This document shows, piece after piece, positions 41,465 through 51,347 of a stretch of 53,057 nucleotides of DNA. The translations under genes were made by a program, and so were the position numbers. This DNA is from Sulfurospirillum sp. (GTDB taxonomy: Bacteria; Campylobacterota; Campylobacteria; Campylobacterales; Sulfurospirillaceae). The notes under the pieces were generated by a model. That model was not told where the DNA came from. It was given only the letters and a program-made list of their open reading frames with translations, and made no database searches. The first letter of the stretch is position 1, and each line of letters starts with the position of its first letter. Where the stretch lies: NCBI GenBank assembly GCA_026988125.1, contig JALSLU010000082.1:1-53057 (forward strand), given 5' to 3'.

Positions 41465-43816
41465 CTACTCCGCTAAAAGATTTATATTTTTACGCACTAC
41501 ACTCTCCAAGTACTCTGGTGAATAAGGCTTGGTTATATACTCAGTCATTCCAGATTCAACACCTCTTAATCTATCTGCTTTGCTTGTTCTAGATGTAACA
41601 GCTATAAGTGGTAGATTTTTATATCTTGAATACTTTCTAATCTCACTTGCTAAAGTATAACCATCCATTCTTGGCATCTCTATATCTATAAGCATAGCAT
41701 CTATATCATGCTCACCTGATTTTAAAATATTAAGAGCCTCCTGTCCGTTGGTTGCTTCAATAACTTTTACACCTGTTGGTGCAAGTGATTTTTGCATAAT
41801 TTTTCTATCCATTTTGCTATCATCTACTATTAGGACAGTATAATCACTTGGACTCTCTTTTTTCTTCTGCTCAGATTGAGTTTTTTCTCTTATATCAACT
41901 TTTAAATTTTTAGCCATATCCATCAAAGAAGCTACATCGACTATAAGAGTTACTCTACCATCGCCCCTTATAGTAGCTCCGGCAATTCCATCTATGCCCT
42001 GTAGATAATCTCCCATAGATTTTATAACTGTCTCCTCTTGTCCGACCAAGCTATCAACTATAATTCCAAGTTTTTGTTCAGCTAAACCTATAACAACAAC
42101 ATAGGTATATTCACCTGAATCATACACCTGTTTTACATTAAAGATATCTGATAACCTAACCAAAGATAAAACCTCATCTCTGAGCCTTAAAACATTTCTT
42201 CCTTCAACAGTATATATCTCATCCATTGAGATTCTAACAGTCTCAGAAACAGAGGCAAGAGGAATTGCATAGTACTCCTCTTGAGCTCCTACCAATAGCG
42301 CTTGTATAATTGCCAATGTAAGAGGGATTTTCATTTTTATAATGGTTCCCTTCCCTATCTCGCTATCTATCTCTATTATACCGTTTAACTTTTCTATATT
42401 GGTCTTAACAACATCCATACCAACACCACGACCGCTTACATTTGAAACCTTTTCAGCCGTAGAAAAACCGGGCTTAAAAATAAGAGCAAATGCCTCTTTG
42501 TCGGTCATGGTATCTGCTTCTCTCTCTGTAATTAAGCCCTTTTCTATACATTTTAGTCTCAAAAGATCTGCATCTAACCCTTTACCATCATCTGTAATCT
42601 CAATAACGATAGAGTTACCCTCGTTGTATGCTTTTAGCTCAACTAAACCTGTTCTAGATTTACCCATAGCTTCTCTAGTGTCAGGATCTTCTATCCCGTG
42701 ATCACATGAGTTTCTAATAATATGTACAAGCGGATCTCCAATCTCTTCAACAATTGATTTATCTAGCTCGGTCTCTTCACCAGAGATTTTAAGCTCTATA
42801 CTCTTTCCAAGCTCTCTTGAGAGATCTCTTACCATCCTTGGAAACTTATTGAAAACTTTTGCAATAGGAAGCATCCTTGTCTTCATAACTGCAATTTGAA
42901 GATCGGTTGTAACTAGGGATATGGCTGAAACCACTTGATTAAGCTCCTCTAAGAACTTTTCTCCCTCATACCTCTCCTCTACATCATCATAAATTTTTAA
43001 GAGCCTGTTCTTACCCAAAACAAGCTCTCCAATTAGATTCATAAGGTGATCTAATCTGCTAACTTCAACCCTAATAGTCTGCTCTAAAGATGAAGCCGTT
43101 CTCTTAGCAGGAGCTGCTCCTCCAGACTTTTTTGAATTACTTGCTGATTTTTTGGGTGAAGATACCGGTTTATTGCTAGGTTTTTTTGGTGTAACAGCAG
43201 GTTTTGAAACAGGCTCAGCCTCCTTTTTGGCCTTTTTCTTTTTACTCTCCTCTTTTTTCTCTTGAAGCAATCTTTCTATCTCTGCTTCTATCTCATCCTC
43301 ACTCAAGTCAGAATAAGCCTCTGTACTCAACTCCTCCTCTTTTGGTTCCTCTTTGATTTCCTCTTTTGGTTCATCCTCTTTTGGCTCACTCGCCTGTGAG
43401 CTTTGAGTGCTTTGAGGAATCTCTTCACCTGAGCTTATTGCATCAAGTCTACTAATGATGTCAGTCAAATCCATATCTATAGCAGTGTCATTTCCATTGT
43501 CGCGGATACAGTATAGTAGAGTTTTCATCATATCGATTGACTCTAAAACTACATCCATAACATCTTCAGTGAGTTTTACTTCACCCTTTCTAGCCTTGTT
43601 TAGAACATCTTCCATATGATGTGTAAGCTTTGTTAAAACATCGAAGCTTAAAAATGAAGATGAGCCCTTGATTGTATGAGCAACTCTAAAGATACTATTT
43701 AGTAGCTCTAAGTCCTCAGGATTACTCTCTAACTCCACTAAGTCCTGATCAAGTTGTTCAATAAGCTCGAACGCTTCAATTAAAAAATCTTCTAAAATTT
43801 CTTGCATTTCATCCAT
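41465..43816 (-). CDS. cheA: Chemotaxis histidine kinase with C-terminal receiver (CheAY)
   Basis: FRVAHTIKG Hpt, RNSCDHG, GRGVGMDVV, CheW domain and REC domain. Confidence 0.97.
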   Translation of the reverse strand: MDEMQEILEDFLIEAFELIEQLDQDLVELESNPEDLELLNSIFRVAHTIKGSSSFLSFDVLTKLTHHMEDVLNKARKGEVKLTEDVMDVVLESIDMMKTLLYCIRDNGNDTAIDMDLTDIISRLDAISSGEEIPQSTQSSQASEPKEDEPKEEIKEEPKEEELSTEAYSDLSEDEIEAEIERLLQEKKEESKKKKAKKEAEPVSKPAVTPKKPSNKPVSSPKKSASNSKKSGGAAPAKRTASSLEQTIRVEVSRLDHLMNLIGELVLGKNRLLKIYDDVEERYEGEKFLEELNQVVSAISLVTTDLQIAVMKTRMLPIAKVFNKFPRMVRDLSRELGKSIELKISGEETELDKSIVEEIGDPLVHIIRNSCDHGIEDPDTREAMGKSRTGLVELKAYNEGNSIVIEITDDGKGLDADLLRLKCIEKGLITEREADTMTDKEAFALIFKPGFSTAEKVSNVSGRGVGMDVVKTNIEKLNGIIEIDSEIGKGTIIKMKIPLTLAIIQALLVGAQEEYYAIPLASVSETVRISMDEIYTVEGRNVLRLRDEVLSLVRLSDIFNVKQVYDSGEYTYVVVIGLAEQKLGIIVDSLVGQEETVIKSMGDYLQGIDGIAGATIRGDGRVTLIVDVASLMDMAKNLKVDIREKTQSEQKKKESPSDYTVLIVDDSKMDRKIMQKSLAPTGVKVIEATNGQEALNILKSGEHDIDAMLIDIEMPRMDGYTLASEIRKYSRYKNLPLIAVTSRTSKADRLRGVESGMTEYITKPYSPEYLESVVRKNINLLAE

Positions 43817-43826
43817 AGCTCACACC

Positions 43827-44780
43827 TTACTCTTCAGTTTTTACGTGGGATTTTATAACTTTTGAAATCTCTTTATAAAAAACCGACGCATCAAATTTTG
43901 TCAAATAGGCATCAGCGCCCGCCTCTTTTCCTCTAATTTCACTAAAATGATCACTTATTGATGAGTTAAATACAATAGGAATACTCTTAAATCTCTCATC
44001 CTCTTTTACATTTGCTGCAAAGTGAAATCCATCCATTCTAGGCATCTCTACATCTGAAATAATAATTCTCAGCTCTTTTTCAAGCTTGTCACCATACACT
44101 TCATATAGCTCATTTAGTTTCTCTAAACCCTCTTTTCCATCTTTAGCCTCAACAACCCTCATACCCATTCTCTTAAGAGCGTCATTTACAAGTCTTCTAG
44201 CGGTAACGCTATCATCTAGTATAAGGGCTGTTCCTTCTATTTGGTCTATTATGTTATTGTCAGCTTCCATATTTGGCTGATAAATTCCTAGCTCTTGGAC
44301 TACGCTTTCTAAATCTAAGATTAGAAGAACTTCATCATTCTCTATTCTTGTTACACCCGTTATTTGTGATTTATCAAGTGAACCCATACCTGCTACAAAG
44401 GAGGCTGGCTCTATGTCATTCCAGCTTATTCTTCTAATTCTTTTGGCCTCATGCACAATAAAACCTATGAGTATGTCACTAAACTCCGCAATTATAACTC
44501 TAGGTTTGAGCTTATCTGCTGGTGGCTCATTTATCTCCATCCATTTAGCCAAGTTTACAACAGGTATAACAACTCCTCGTAAATCAAAAATTCCCTCTAT
44601 ATATTCTGGTACTCCTGGAAGCTCTGTTAACTTTGGAATTTTTATAATCTCCCTAACCTTTGCAACATTTACTCCATAGATTCCCTCATATATAGTTCCA
44701 TCATCCTCTTGTTTTAATATGCGAAAATCAACCAACTCCATCTCATTGGAGCCTACCTTTAGTACATCATCATCAAACAT
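43827..44780 (-). CDS. cheV: Chemotaxis protein (CheW-REC)
   Basis: YGVNVAKVREI and SDVEMPRMDG. Confidence 0.96.
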   Translation of the reverse strand: MFDDDVLKVGSNEMELVDFRILKQEDDGTIYEGIYGVNVAKVREIIKIPKLTELPGVPEYIEGIFDLRGVVIPVVNLAKWMEINEPPADKLKPRVIIAEFSDILIGFIVHEAKRIRRISWNDIEPASFVAGMGSLDKSQITGVTRIENDEVLLILDLESVVQELGIYQPNMEADNNIIDQIEGTALILDDSVTARRLVNDALKRMGMRVVEAKDGKEGLEKLNELYEVYGDKLEKELRIIISDVEMPRMDGFHFAANVKEDERFKSIPIVFNSSISDHFSEIRGKEAGADAYLTKFDASVFYKEISKVIKSHVKTEE

Positions 44781-44781
44781 C

Positions 44782-45513
44782 TTAGCCCCTTAATCTGTTT
44801 TGAGCAAACTTTATATTGTTGACACATTCTACAATAAAAAAACTTTGATTACACGCAAAAGATGGCAAATTTATATAAGTTATACCACATTTAACTATTT
44901 TTTTATCTTGATGATAGTGTCCTTCTATTATAAACTCTCCCTCTCTAGGCTCATAGTTTGGTAATTTGTTAACAATTATGGGTTCAAAATTTTCTATCTT
45001 TTTACACAAATTTTTTTTTAGTTGATTTTGCTGGATTTTTTTTGAAATTTTACCACTCAATGAGAGATCCAAAATGTTTAGAAATTTCAAAACTAAACTT
45101 GATCGAATTATCTTTGTGTAAAAAAGATATAAAACTCCTTCAAATTTGTCTCCATGGGAGAGATGAACTCTGCTACCATTTTCAAACTCTGCCCTTACGG
45201 GTTGCATAGAAAAAGAAAATACTTTCGTATGTGGGAAAAGCCTTTTGAGCCTAAAATCATGGTTGCCTTCAAAATAAAAAACTTCCATTTTTAAAGAAAT
45301 TTTATTGATTAGCTCAATATGTTTTCTATACATATCACAACTAAACTTCACATCCCCAACCAATAAATCAAACATATCACCCATTAAAAAAAGTTGTGAA
45401 GCCTCTATTTGATTTGTTTCAATTCTTTGCAAAAACCTATAAAAATTGTTGCTATAGCTACTCTCATGAGCATCAGATATAAAAACCGCTCTATTTTTTA
45501 TCTTAAGGCACAT
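44782..45513 (-). CDS. lpxH: UDP-2,3-diacylglucosamine hydrolase (metallophosphoesterase)
   Basis: ISDAH, GDMFD, EGNHD, HGD and GHYH; I moved the start to ATG 45513, overlapping the end of argC. Confidence 0.8.
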   Translation of the reverse strand: MCLKIKNRAVFISDAHESSYSNNFYRFLQRIETNQIEASQLFLMGDMFDLLVGDVKFSCDMYRKHIELINKISLKMEVFYFEGNHDFRLKRLFPHTKVFSFSMQPVRAEFENGSRVHLSHGDKFEGVLYLFYTKIIRSSLVLKFLNILDLSLSGKISKKIQQNQLKKNLCKKIENFEPIIVNKLPNYEPREGEFIIEGHYHQDKKIVKCGITYINLPSFACNQSFFIVECVNNIKFAQNRLRG

Positions 45514-46510
45514 AAGCAATTTTTGGGATCCCAACTCCCTCATTAAGATCACTCATTAAATTTGCATTAACTACTGCTTGGGATGAAGCCCCCCTTAGAA
45601 GATTGTCTATACTAGAAGATATAAATAGATTTAATCCATTTTGAGCAACAAAAAGATCACAAAAATTTGTTCCAGAAGTGGCTTTAATCTCTACAGGCTC
45701 ATCTCTAACTCTAATAAATTCACAATCTTTATAAAACTCTTCCAAAACTTTCTTGGCATCTATCTTGCTTTTTAGCTTTACATATATACTTACTAACATC
45801 CCTCTAGTAACAGGGATGAGATGAGGAACAAAATTTATATCAAACTCTTTATTTGAGACATATTTTAGCTTCTCTCTTATTTCGGGAGAGTGTCTATGCC
45901 CAAAAGGGTTGTATGCAAAAATGTTTTCATTAACTTTTACAAAGTGCTTTACATCACTAGGGCTTTTACCTGCTCCACTAACTCCACTCTTTGCATCTAT
46001 GTATATAGAGGATTTCTCATCTATATAGTCACAAAAAGGTAAAATTCCAAGCAAAGAAGCCGTTGGATAACACCCCGGATTTGCTACTAAGTTTGCATCT
46101 TTTATCTCATCTTTGTAGATTTCAGGAAGTCCATATACTGAATGCTTTAAGTTCTTTATGTCTTGATGAGAGCAGTAAAACTTCTCATAAGTTTTTAATT
46201 CCAATCTATAATCAGCACTTAAGTCTACAACTTTTACATTTAAGTCTATTAGATCTTTGGCTATATTCATAGCAGCTTTGTGAGGAAGTGCTAAAAATAC
46301 TAAATCACACATAGATGCTATCTCTTTTGGATCACTCTTTCTTGCATCCAATTCTACAACTCCTTTTAAACTTGGGTGCAAAGATGTTAAACTTTCACCA
46401 CCTTTACTAGTTGCTACAAAGGAGATTTCAAAATTTGGATGAGGAAGAAGTATCTTTACAAGCTCAATTCCGGTGTATCCACTAACACCTACTACACCAA
46501 CTCTAATCAT
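45503..46510 (-). CDS. argC: N-acetyl-gamma-glutamyl-phosphate reductase
   Basis: GVSGYTG, DLSADYR, ANPGCYPT, SGVSGAG and DNLLRGA. Confidence 0.97.
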   Translation of the reverse strand: MIRVGVVGVSGYTGIELVKILLPHPNFEISFVATSKGGESLTSLHPSLKGVVELDARKSDPKEIASMCDLVFLALPHKAAMNIAKDLIDLNVKVVDLSADYRLELKTYEKFYCSHQDIKNLKHSVYGLPEIYKDEIKDANLVANPGCYPTASLLGILPFCDYIDEKSSIYIDAKSGVSGAGKSPSDVKHFVKVNENIFAYNPFGHRHSPEIREKLKYVSNKEFDINFVPHLIPVTRGMLVSIYVKLKSKIDAKKVLEEFYKDCEFIRVRDEPVEIKATSGTNFCDLFVAQNGLNLFISSSIDNLLRGASSQAVVNANLMSDLNEGVGIPKIAYVP

Positions 46511-46513
46511 ATC

Positions 46514-47005
46514 CTACCCTTCAAAATCTATAGGTTTATAAAAAACCTCCAATACCTCAAATTCACACTTTCCATGAGGAAGAGTTATTTCAACTTCATC
46601 ACCCTCCTCTTTTCCCATCAAACCCTTAGCAAGAGGAGTATTAAAGGAGATAAGTCCTCTACTAGGAGAGCTCTCAAATCTACCAACTATGGTATAGGTT
46701 ATCTCCTCTTCGGTATCTAAGTTTTCTAGTTTAACGGTTGAGCCAAACCTAACTTTTTCATGCTCATACTTACTAGGATCAATCACTTGAACATTTGCTA
46801 AAAGATTGCTCAACTCCGCAATTCGACTCTCAATAAAAGCTTGTTTCTCTTTTGCGGCATGGTACTCTGCATTCTCTTTTAAATCTCCATGACTTCTAGC
46901 AATATCAATCTCTTTTACTATGTTTGGTCTTTGTACCTTTTTTAAATCATTCAACTCTTCAGTTAGTTTTTTATATCCATACTCTGTCATTGGTTCTTTA
47001 TTCAT
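46514..47005 (-). CDS. greA: Transcription elongation factor
   Basis: [15 protein letters not shown]. Confidence 0.97.
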   Translation of the reverse strand: MNKEPMTEYGYKKLTEELNDLKKVQRPNIVKEIDIARSHGDLKENAEYHAAKEKQAFIESRIAELSNLLANVQVIDPSKYEHEKVRFGSTVKLENLDTEEEITYTIVGRFESSPSRGLISFNTPLAKGLMGKEEGDEVEITLPHGKCEFEVLEVFYKPIDFEG

Positions 47006-48026
47006 TTAGTATCCTTATCATATCTTTTGAACTTCCATGTTTTAAAATCCTATGAAGCTCTTTTGATCTTTTATAAAATCTCTCACAATCCATCTGCTCA
47101 TACTCTTTTAAAAGATTTTCAACCGTTACCTTTTCTTGAAGCAACTCTACATGTAGAGGCTCCATTTTAGCAAAATCTAGTATAATATTTGCTAAACCAA
47201 CATATTTTATCTTTACAAATCTTTTTGCTATAAAAGTATCGACTCTTTTTGCTTTGTAAGCCAACACCAAAGGAGTTCCTATAAGAGAGCCTTCAAGAGT
47301 AGCAGTTCCTGAACAAACAAAGGCAAACTCACTTCTTAAAAAGCTCTCTCTAGCATCTCTAGAGACTTCAAACCCACTCACATCACCATATATTTTATCT
47401 ATATCATCCTGTGAAAAATGCTTTGGAATTACCAATATCTTTTTTTTGTCTACTCTTTTTGCTACCTCTTTGTAAATAGGAAAAAGTCTTTTTATTTCAC
47501 TTTTTCTACTTCCAGGCAGAAATGAGACCACTCCACTTCTTGTATAACCATTTTTAAAATCGGAAATTTCATCAAGTAGTGGATTACCAACATAAAGAGA
47601 TCTGTTATAAAATTTACTCTCAAAGGGAAGTATTGAAGCCAAAACATCACAATAGCTCTCTACCTTTTTAACTCTATTTGCTCTCCAAGCCCAAACTTGA
47701 GGAAGAATATAGTAAACAATAGTTACTTTTGGGTTTGCCTCTTTTATGGCCTTTGCTAATGGAAGATTAAAAGCTGGAGAATCAATAAGTAAGACTTTAT
47801 CTACTTTAGAGCTAATCTCAACCATCTGTTTTATTGTTTTTTTAGCTAACCATATTTTAGAAATGGCATCAACAAATCCCATTATAGAAAAGGCTGAACT
47901 TGGCAAAATCGGTTTACCAAATCTCTCATCAAAGATACCAAAAATTTTGCAATTCTTTAATGATTTATATATTGGCTCAAAATGCAAATTGGCTGAAGGC
48001 TCTAAAATAGATACCAAAAGATTCAT
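46998..48026 (-). CDS. lpxB: Lipid-A-disaccharide synthase
   Basis: [26 protein letters not shown] and SGTATLE; start set at ATG 48026 after the AAGGAGAGG SD. Confidence 0.95.
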   Translation of the reverse strand: MNLLVSILEPSANLHFEPIYKSLKNCKIFGIFDERFGKPILPSSAFSIMGFVDAISKIWLAKKTIKQMVEISSKVDKVLLIDSPAFNLPLAKAIKEANPKVTIVYYILPQVWAWRANRVKKVESYCDVLASILPFESKFYNRSLYVGNPLLDEISDFKNGYTRSGVVSFLPGSRKSEIKRLFPIYKEVAKRVDKKKILVIPKHFSQDDIDKIYGDVSGFEVSRDARESFLRSEFAFVCSGTATLEGSLIGTPLVLAYKAKRVDTFIAKRFVKIKYVGLANIILDFAKMEPLHVELLQEKVTVENLLKEYEQMDCERFYKRSKELHRILKHGSSKDMIRILNE

Positions 48027-48165
48027 AACAACCTCTCCTTTAATAGACTTCTTGAACAACCCCTTATAGTCTTAGAGGAACTTAATTTAACACATAGTTT
48101 ACTTCAAAATGGATAATTTTATACTTTAATTGGTATAATTTTGCAAAAATTTGAAAGTTGGTTGT

Positions 48166-48951
48166 ATGAAAAAAATTCTAATAACAAATGATGATGGATT
48201 TGAAAGCGAAGGCTTAAAAGCTTTAGTTGAGGCAATAAAACCTCTAGGACACATAACTGTTGTTGCTCCAACTACGGAAAAATCAGCCTGTGGTCACTCA
48301 CTAACTCTAACTCGACCTTTAAGGTTTGTAAAACTAGATGATGACTTTTATAAGCTTGATGATGGAACTCCAACAGATTGTATCTATCTAGCATTACATG
48401 CTCTATTTAAAGAGGGTTTTACTCCTGATTTGGTAGTTAGTGGCATAAATATAGGCTCCAATATGGGTGAAGATATAACATATAGTGGTACTGCGAGTGC
48501 GGCTATGGAAGCAGTTTTACAAGGCATCCCTGCGATCGCATTTTCACAAGTTTATGAAGATGGTGTAGCTTCTATAGATAAGTATGGTTATGATTTGGCT
48601 AAAGAGTATGCATATAAAATTTCAAAAAAAGTTTTAAATGAGGGCTTTCCACTAAATGAAAGAAAATTTTTAAATGTAAATATACCAGCCATAAAACCAA
48701 GTGAGTGCAAAGGCATAAAAGTAACTCACGCTGGAACCAAGATGTACAATAACGATGCTCATCTTCATAGGAATCCAAGAGGAGAAGAGTACTACTGGAT
48801 AGGAACACATGTCTTAAATTGGCAACCAAGCCCAAATAAAAGCTGTGATTTAAGTGCTATAGAAGATGGATATGTCTCTATAACTCCTGTTAAGCTAGAT
48901 ATGAGCGCATATGAAGAGATGAATACGCTTAGTGAGTGGATAGATGGTTGA
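48166..48951 (+). CDS. surE: 5'/3'-nucleotidase
   Basis: ILITNDDG, GTPTDC, SGIN.GSN and YSGT; extended -10 TGgTATAAT at 48131-48139. Confidence 0.96.
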   Translation: MKKILITNDDGFESEGLKALVEAIKPLGHITVVAPTTEKSACGHSLTLTRPLRFVKLDDDFYKLDDGTPTDCIYLALHALFKEGFTPDLVVSGINIGSNMGEDITYSGTASAAMEAVLQGIPAIAFSQVYEDGVASIDKYGYDLAKEYAYKISKKVLNEGFPLNERKFLNVNIPAIKPSECKGIKVTHAGTKMYNNDAHLHRNPRGEEYYWIGTHVLNWQPSPNKSCDLSAIEDGYVSITPVKLDMSAYEEMNTLSEWIDG

Positions 48952-49585
48952 TAAGTTCACTAGGGTAAGAGCGATTTTTGCAGAAAATTTTGATCACTTA
49001 AGAGAAAAAAAAATCCTCCTCTTAGGGGTTGGTGGAGTTGGAGGGTTCTGCTTAGATGCACTTTATAGAAGTGGCATCGAGAATATAACAATAGTTGATT
49101 TTGATAAGTTTGAAATAACAAATCAAAATAGGCAGATAGGAAGTGAACATATTGGTCAAACCAAAGTTTTTGTTTTTAAAAAACTATATCCAAAAGTGAC
49201 TCCAATAGATGTAAAAGTTACTCCTAGCTGGGTTGATGAGTTTAATTTTGACAAATTTGATCTAGTGATTGATGCTATAGATGATATAGATGCAAAAGTA
49301 GCAACTGCACAAAAAACTTACTCCAAACTCATAAGTTCAATGGGTGGAGCAAAAAAACTAGATCCAACTCAAATAGAAATAAGAAGCATCTGGAAAACAT
49401 ATGGTGATGGTTTAGCTAAAAAGTTTAGAAATGAGCTAAAAAAAGTAAATTTTAATAAAAAATTTGATGTAGTCTTCTCACCAGAAGAACCAAAATGTAA
49501 AGATTTAGGAAGTTTTGTAGGTGTAACGGGAGCTTTTGGTTTAACTCTAGCCTCTTTGGCTATAAAAAAATTAGCCCCAAAGTGA
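48944..49585 (+). CDS. ThiF/MoeB-family protein, TcdA-like (tRNA t6A dehydratase)
   Basis: GVGGVG, DFD...TNQNRQ, DAID, SSMGG and VVFSPE. Confidence 0.85.
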   Translation: MVDKFTRVRAIFAENFDHLREKKILLLGVGGVGGFCLDALYRSGIENITIVDFDKFEITNQNRQIGSEHIGQTKVFVFKKLYPKVTPIDVKVTPSWVDEFNFDKFDLVIDAIDDIDAKVATAQKTYSKLISSMGGAKKLDPTQIEIRSIWKTYGDGLAKKFRNELKKVNFNKKFDVVFSPEEPKCKDLGSFVGVTGAFGLTLASLAIKKLAPK

Positions 49586-49596
49586 GACTAATTTTT
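49566..49596. terminator. Bidirectional terminator
   Basis: AAAAATTAGCCCCA/TGAGACTAATTTTT stem (G-U on minus) between convergent genes. Confidence 0.6.
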
Positions 49597-49607
49597 AAGG
49601 TATACTC

Positions 49608-49808
49608 TTAAGCTACTTTTTTTATAGCTTTTTTTGCAATTTTATTTGCAGCTTTCTTCTTAGATGGAGATTTTTTGCAAACAAGTTTTAAAACTCTCTT
49701 AGCAACCTTTTTTGCATCTTTCTTTTTTATAACTTTTTTAGCTACAGCTTTTTTAGTTGCTTTCTTAACAACACCCTTAACACTTTTCTTCTTTAACTCT
49801 TTTGCCAT
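49608..49808 (-). CDS. Small Lys/Ala-rich histone H1-like protein
   Basis: 28 Lys and 1 Arg versus 2 acidic residues in 66 aa; AAGGAG SD; TATAAT at 49848-49853 (minus); terminator downstream. Confidence 0.75.
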   Translation of the reverse strand: MAKELKKKSVKGVVKKATKKAVAKKVIKKKDAKKVAKRVLKLVCKKSPSKKKAANKIAKKAIKKVA

Positions 49809-49951
49809 TTTTGGCTCCTTATGTTTTATTTTACTACCAATGGTAATATTATATAGGCATTATACATTTTTTTATCAAAGAAGTCAAATTTTATATAAAA
49901 AATCTATAAAATATGGTAATATACACTACTTTTTATAATAAAGGAACTGTC

Positions 49952-50221
49952 ATGACTTTTATAGAGTTTAAAAAAATGCTCTTAGATGCAGAGCTAACTC
50001 TTCCAAAATTTAGTAAACTAATTAAGGTTAGTGATAAAAATATACAATCATACAAAAAAAAAGATGAGGTACCAAATGCTATAGCAGTTTGTGTTACATG
50101 TTTTGCACATATGCACAAGATGGGGATAGATTACAAAGAGATTGTAGAGAAGTTAGAGCTAAAGCCAAAGAGAAAGAAAAACTCAGGTTTCTCTAAAAAG
50201 AGTGAAAGCTCAAACGCCTAA
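49952..50221 (+). CDS. Small putative HTH (XRE-like) DNA-binding protein
   Basis: AAGGA SD before ATG 49952; LTLPKFSKLIKVSDKNIQSYKK..VP pattern; basic tail. Confidence 0.6.
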   Translation: MTFIEFKKMLLDAELTLPKFSKLIKVSDKNIQSYKKKDEVPNAIAVCVTCFAHMHKMGIDYKEIVEKLELKPKRKKNSGFSKKSESSNA

Positions 50222-51347
50222 CCCAAAAAAATGCTAACATAGTTAGTAAAAATATACCCAAATTAACAGGAACAAGAGTTCCGTTATGAAAAAGGCTTGC
50301 TAAAGTTGCAATAGCCGCTCCTACAGAGAAATTCAACACCCCAATAACTGCTGTGGCAGTTGCAGCATTTGTTGGAAAATTTTCTAAAATTAAAGCATTT
50401 AGGTTACCAAATAGAAACCCTAACATACTCACATGAGCTGTTAGCAAAACAAACATCATAAAAAGGGTTGGCTCTAAAAGCTCAATTAAAAGAAAAATTG
50501 AAATTATAAATTGTGTATATATTGCATACTTTATAATTTGAAAAATCTTATATCTTTTCATAAGCAAAAGATTAACTTTTGCCATTATCATTACAAATAT
50601 TACATCTGCACCAAAAAATAGTGGAAAAAAATCTGAACTTACACCAAAATACTCCATATACACAAATGCTGACTTGCTTATGAAGATAAACATAGCTGAA
50701 AATATCATAGGGAATAAAACGATCAAACCCCTAGCATTTTTATTTGCAAAAACGCTCACATAGGAGCTTATGAAACCCTTTTTTGTTTTTATAAAACTCT
50801 CTTTTATAAAAAGTTGAACAGCAAAAAATATAATCAAAGCATAAATTGTAAAAAAATAAAAAACAGATTTCCAGCTAAAAAAATGGATAAGTCCTGCCCC
50901 AATAGCAGGAGCTAGAAGAGGCGCTGACATACTTATAGTTCCTACTATGGTAAAAACCCTTGCCGCCTCTTGTCCATTAAATAAATCCCTTATGGTTGCA
51001 TTTGCATTAACTACTATGATACCTCCAAACAATGCTTGAAAAAATCTATATACCCATAATTCATAAATAGTTGAAGAAAAAATTATCAAAAAACTTAAAA
51101 AGGCAAACCCAACCAATCCTAAACTTGATGTCTTTTTTCTACCAAAATTATCAGATATTGCTCCACCAAAAAACTGTCCACAAGCAAATCCAAGCAAAAA
51201 TAGACTCAGAGAAATTTCAACAGAGTCAATACCAACTCCATAGAAACTAGCAATTGATGGCATAGATGGTATATATGTATCTATGGCAATTGGAGCAATT
51301 GAGCTTAGTGCAGCTAATATGACAACTAATAACCTTCTTTCTACAAT
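50193..51347 (-). CDS. Bcr/CflA-family multidrug MFS exporter; start uncertain (ATT at 51347 or ATG at 51263)
   Basis: AIDTYIPSMPSIA, GQFFGGAISDNFGRK, RFFQA, IRD and APLLAPAIG. Confidence 0.88.
   Translation of the reverse strand: MVERRLLVVILAALSSIAPIAIDTYIPSMPSIASFYGVGIDSVEISLSLFLLGFACGQFFGGAISDNFGRKKTSSLGLVGFAFLSFLIIFSSTIYELWVYRFFQALFGGIIVVNANATIRDLFNGQEAARVFTIVGTISMSAPLLAPAIGAGLIHFFSWKSVFYFFTIYALIIFFAVQLFIKESFIKTKKGFISSYVSVFANKNARGLIVLFPMIFSAMFIFISKSAFVYMEYFGVSSDFFPLFFGADVIFVMIMAKVNLLLMKRYKIFQIIKYAIYTQFIISIFLLIELLEPTLFMMFVLLTAHVSMLGFLFGNLNALILENFPTNAATATAVIGVLNFSVGAAIATLASLFHNGTLVPVNLGIFLLTMLAFFWVRRLSFHSF

Noticed and set aside
43330-43390. EPKE-type repeats in cheA
   Set aside because: Ordinary low-complexity linker after the Hpt domain.
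48044-48080. Possible repeat relic or hairpin upstream of lpxB (AGACT...AGTCT)
   Set aside because: Only a 5-bp stem and no second copy in the window.
44782-48165. Longer ORF-track starts for lpxH (45552), lpxB (48059) and surE (48151)
   Set aside because: Downstream ATGs match family N-termini, SD position or gene overlap better.
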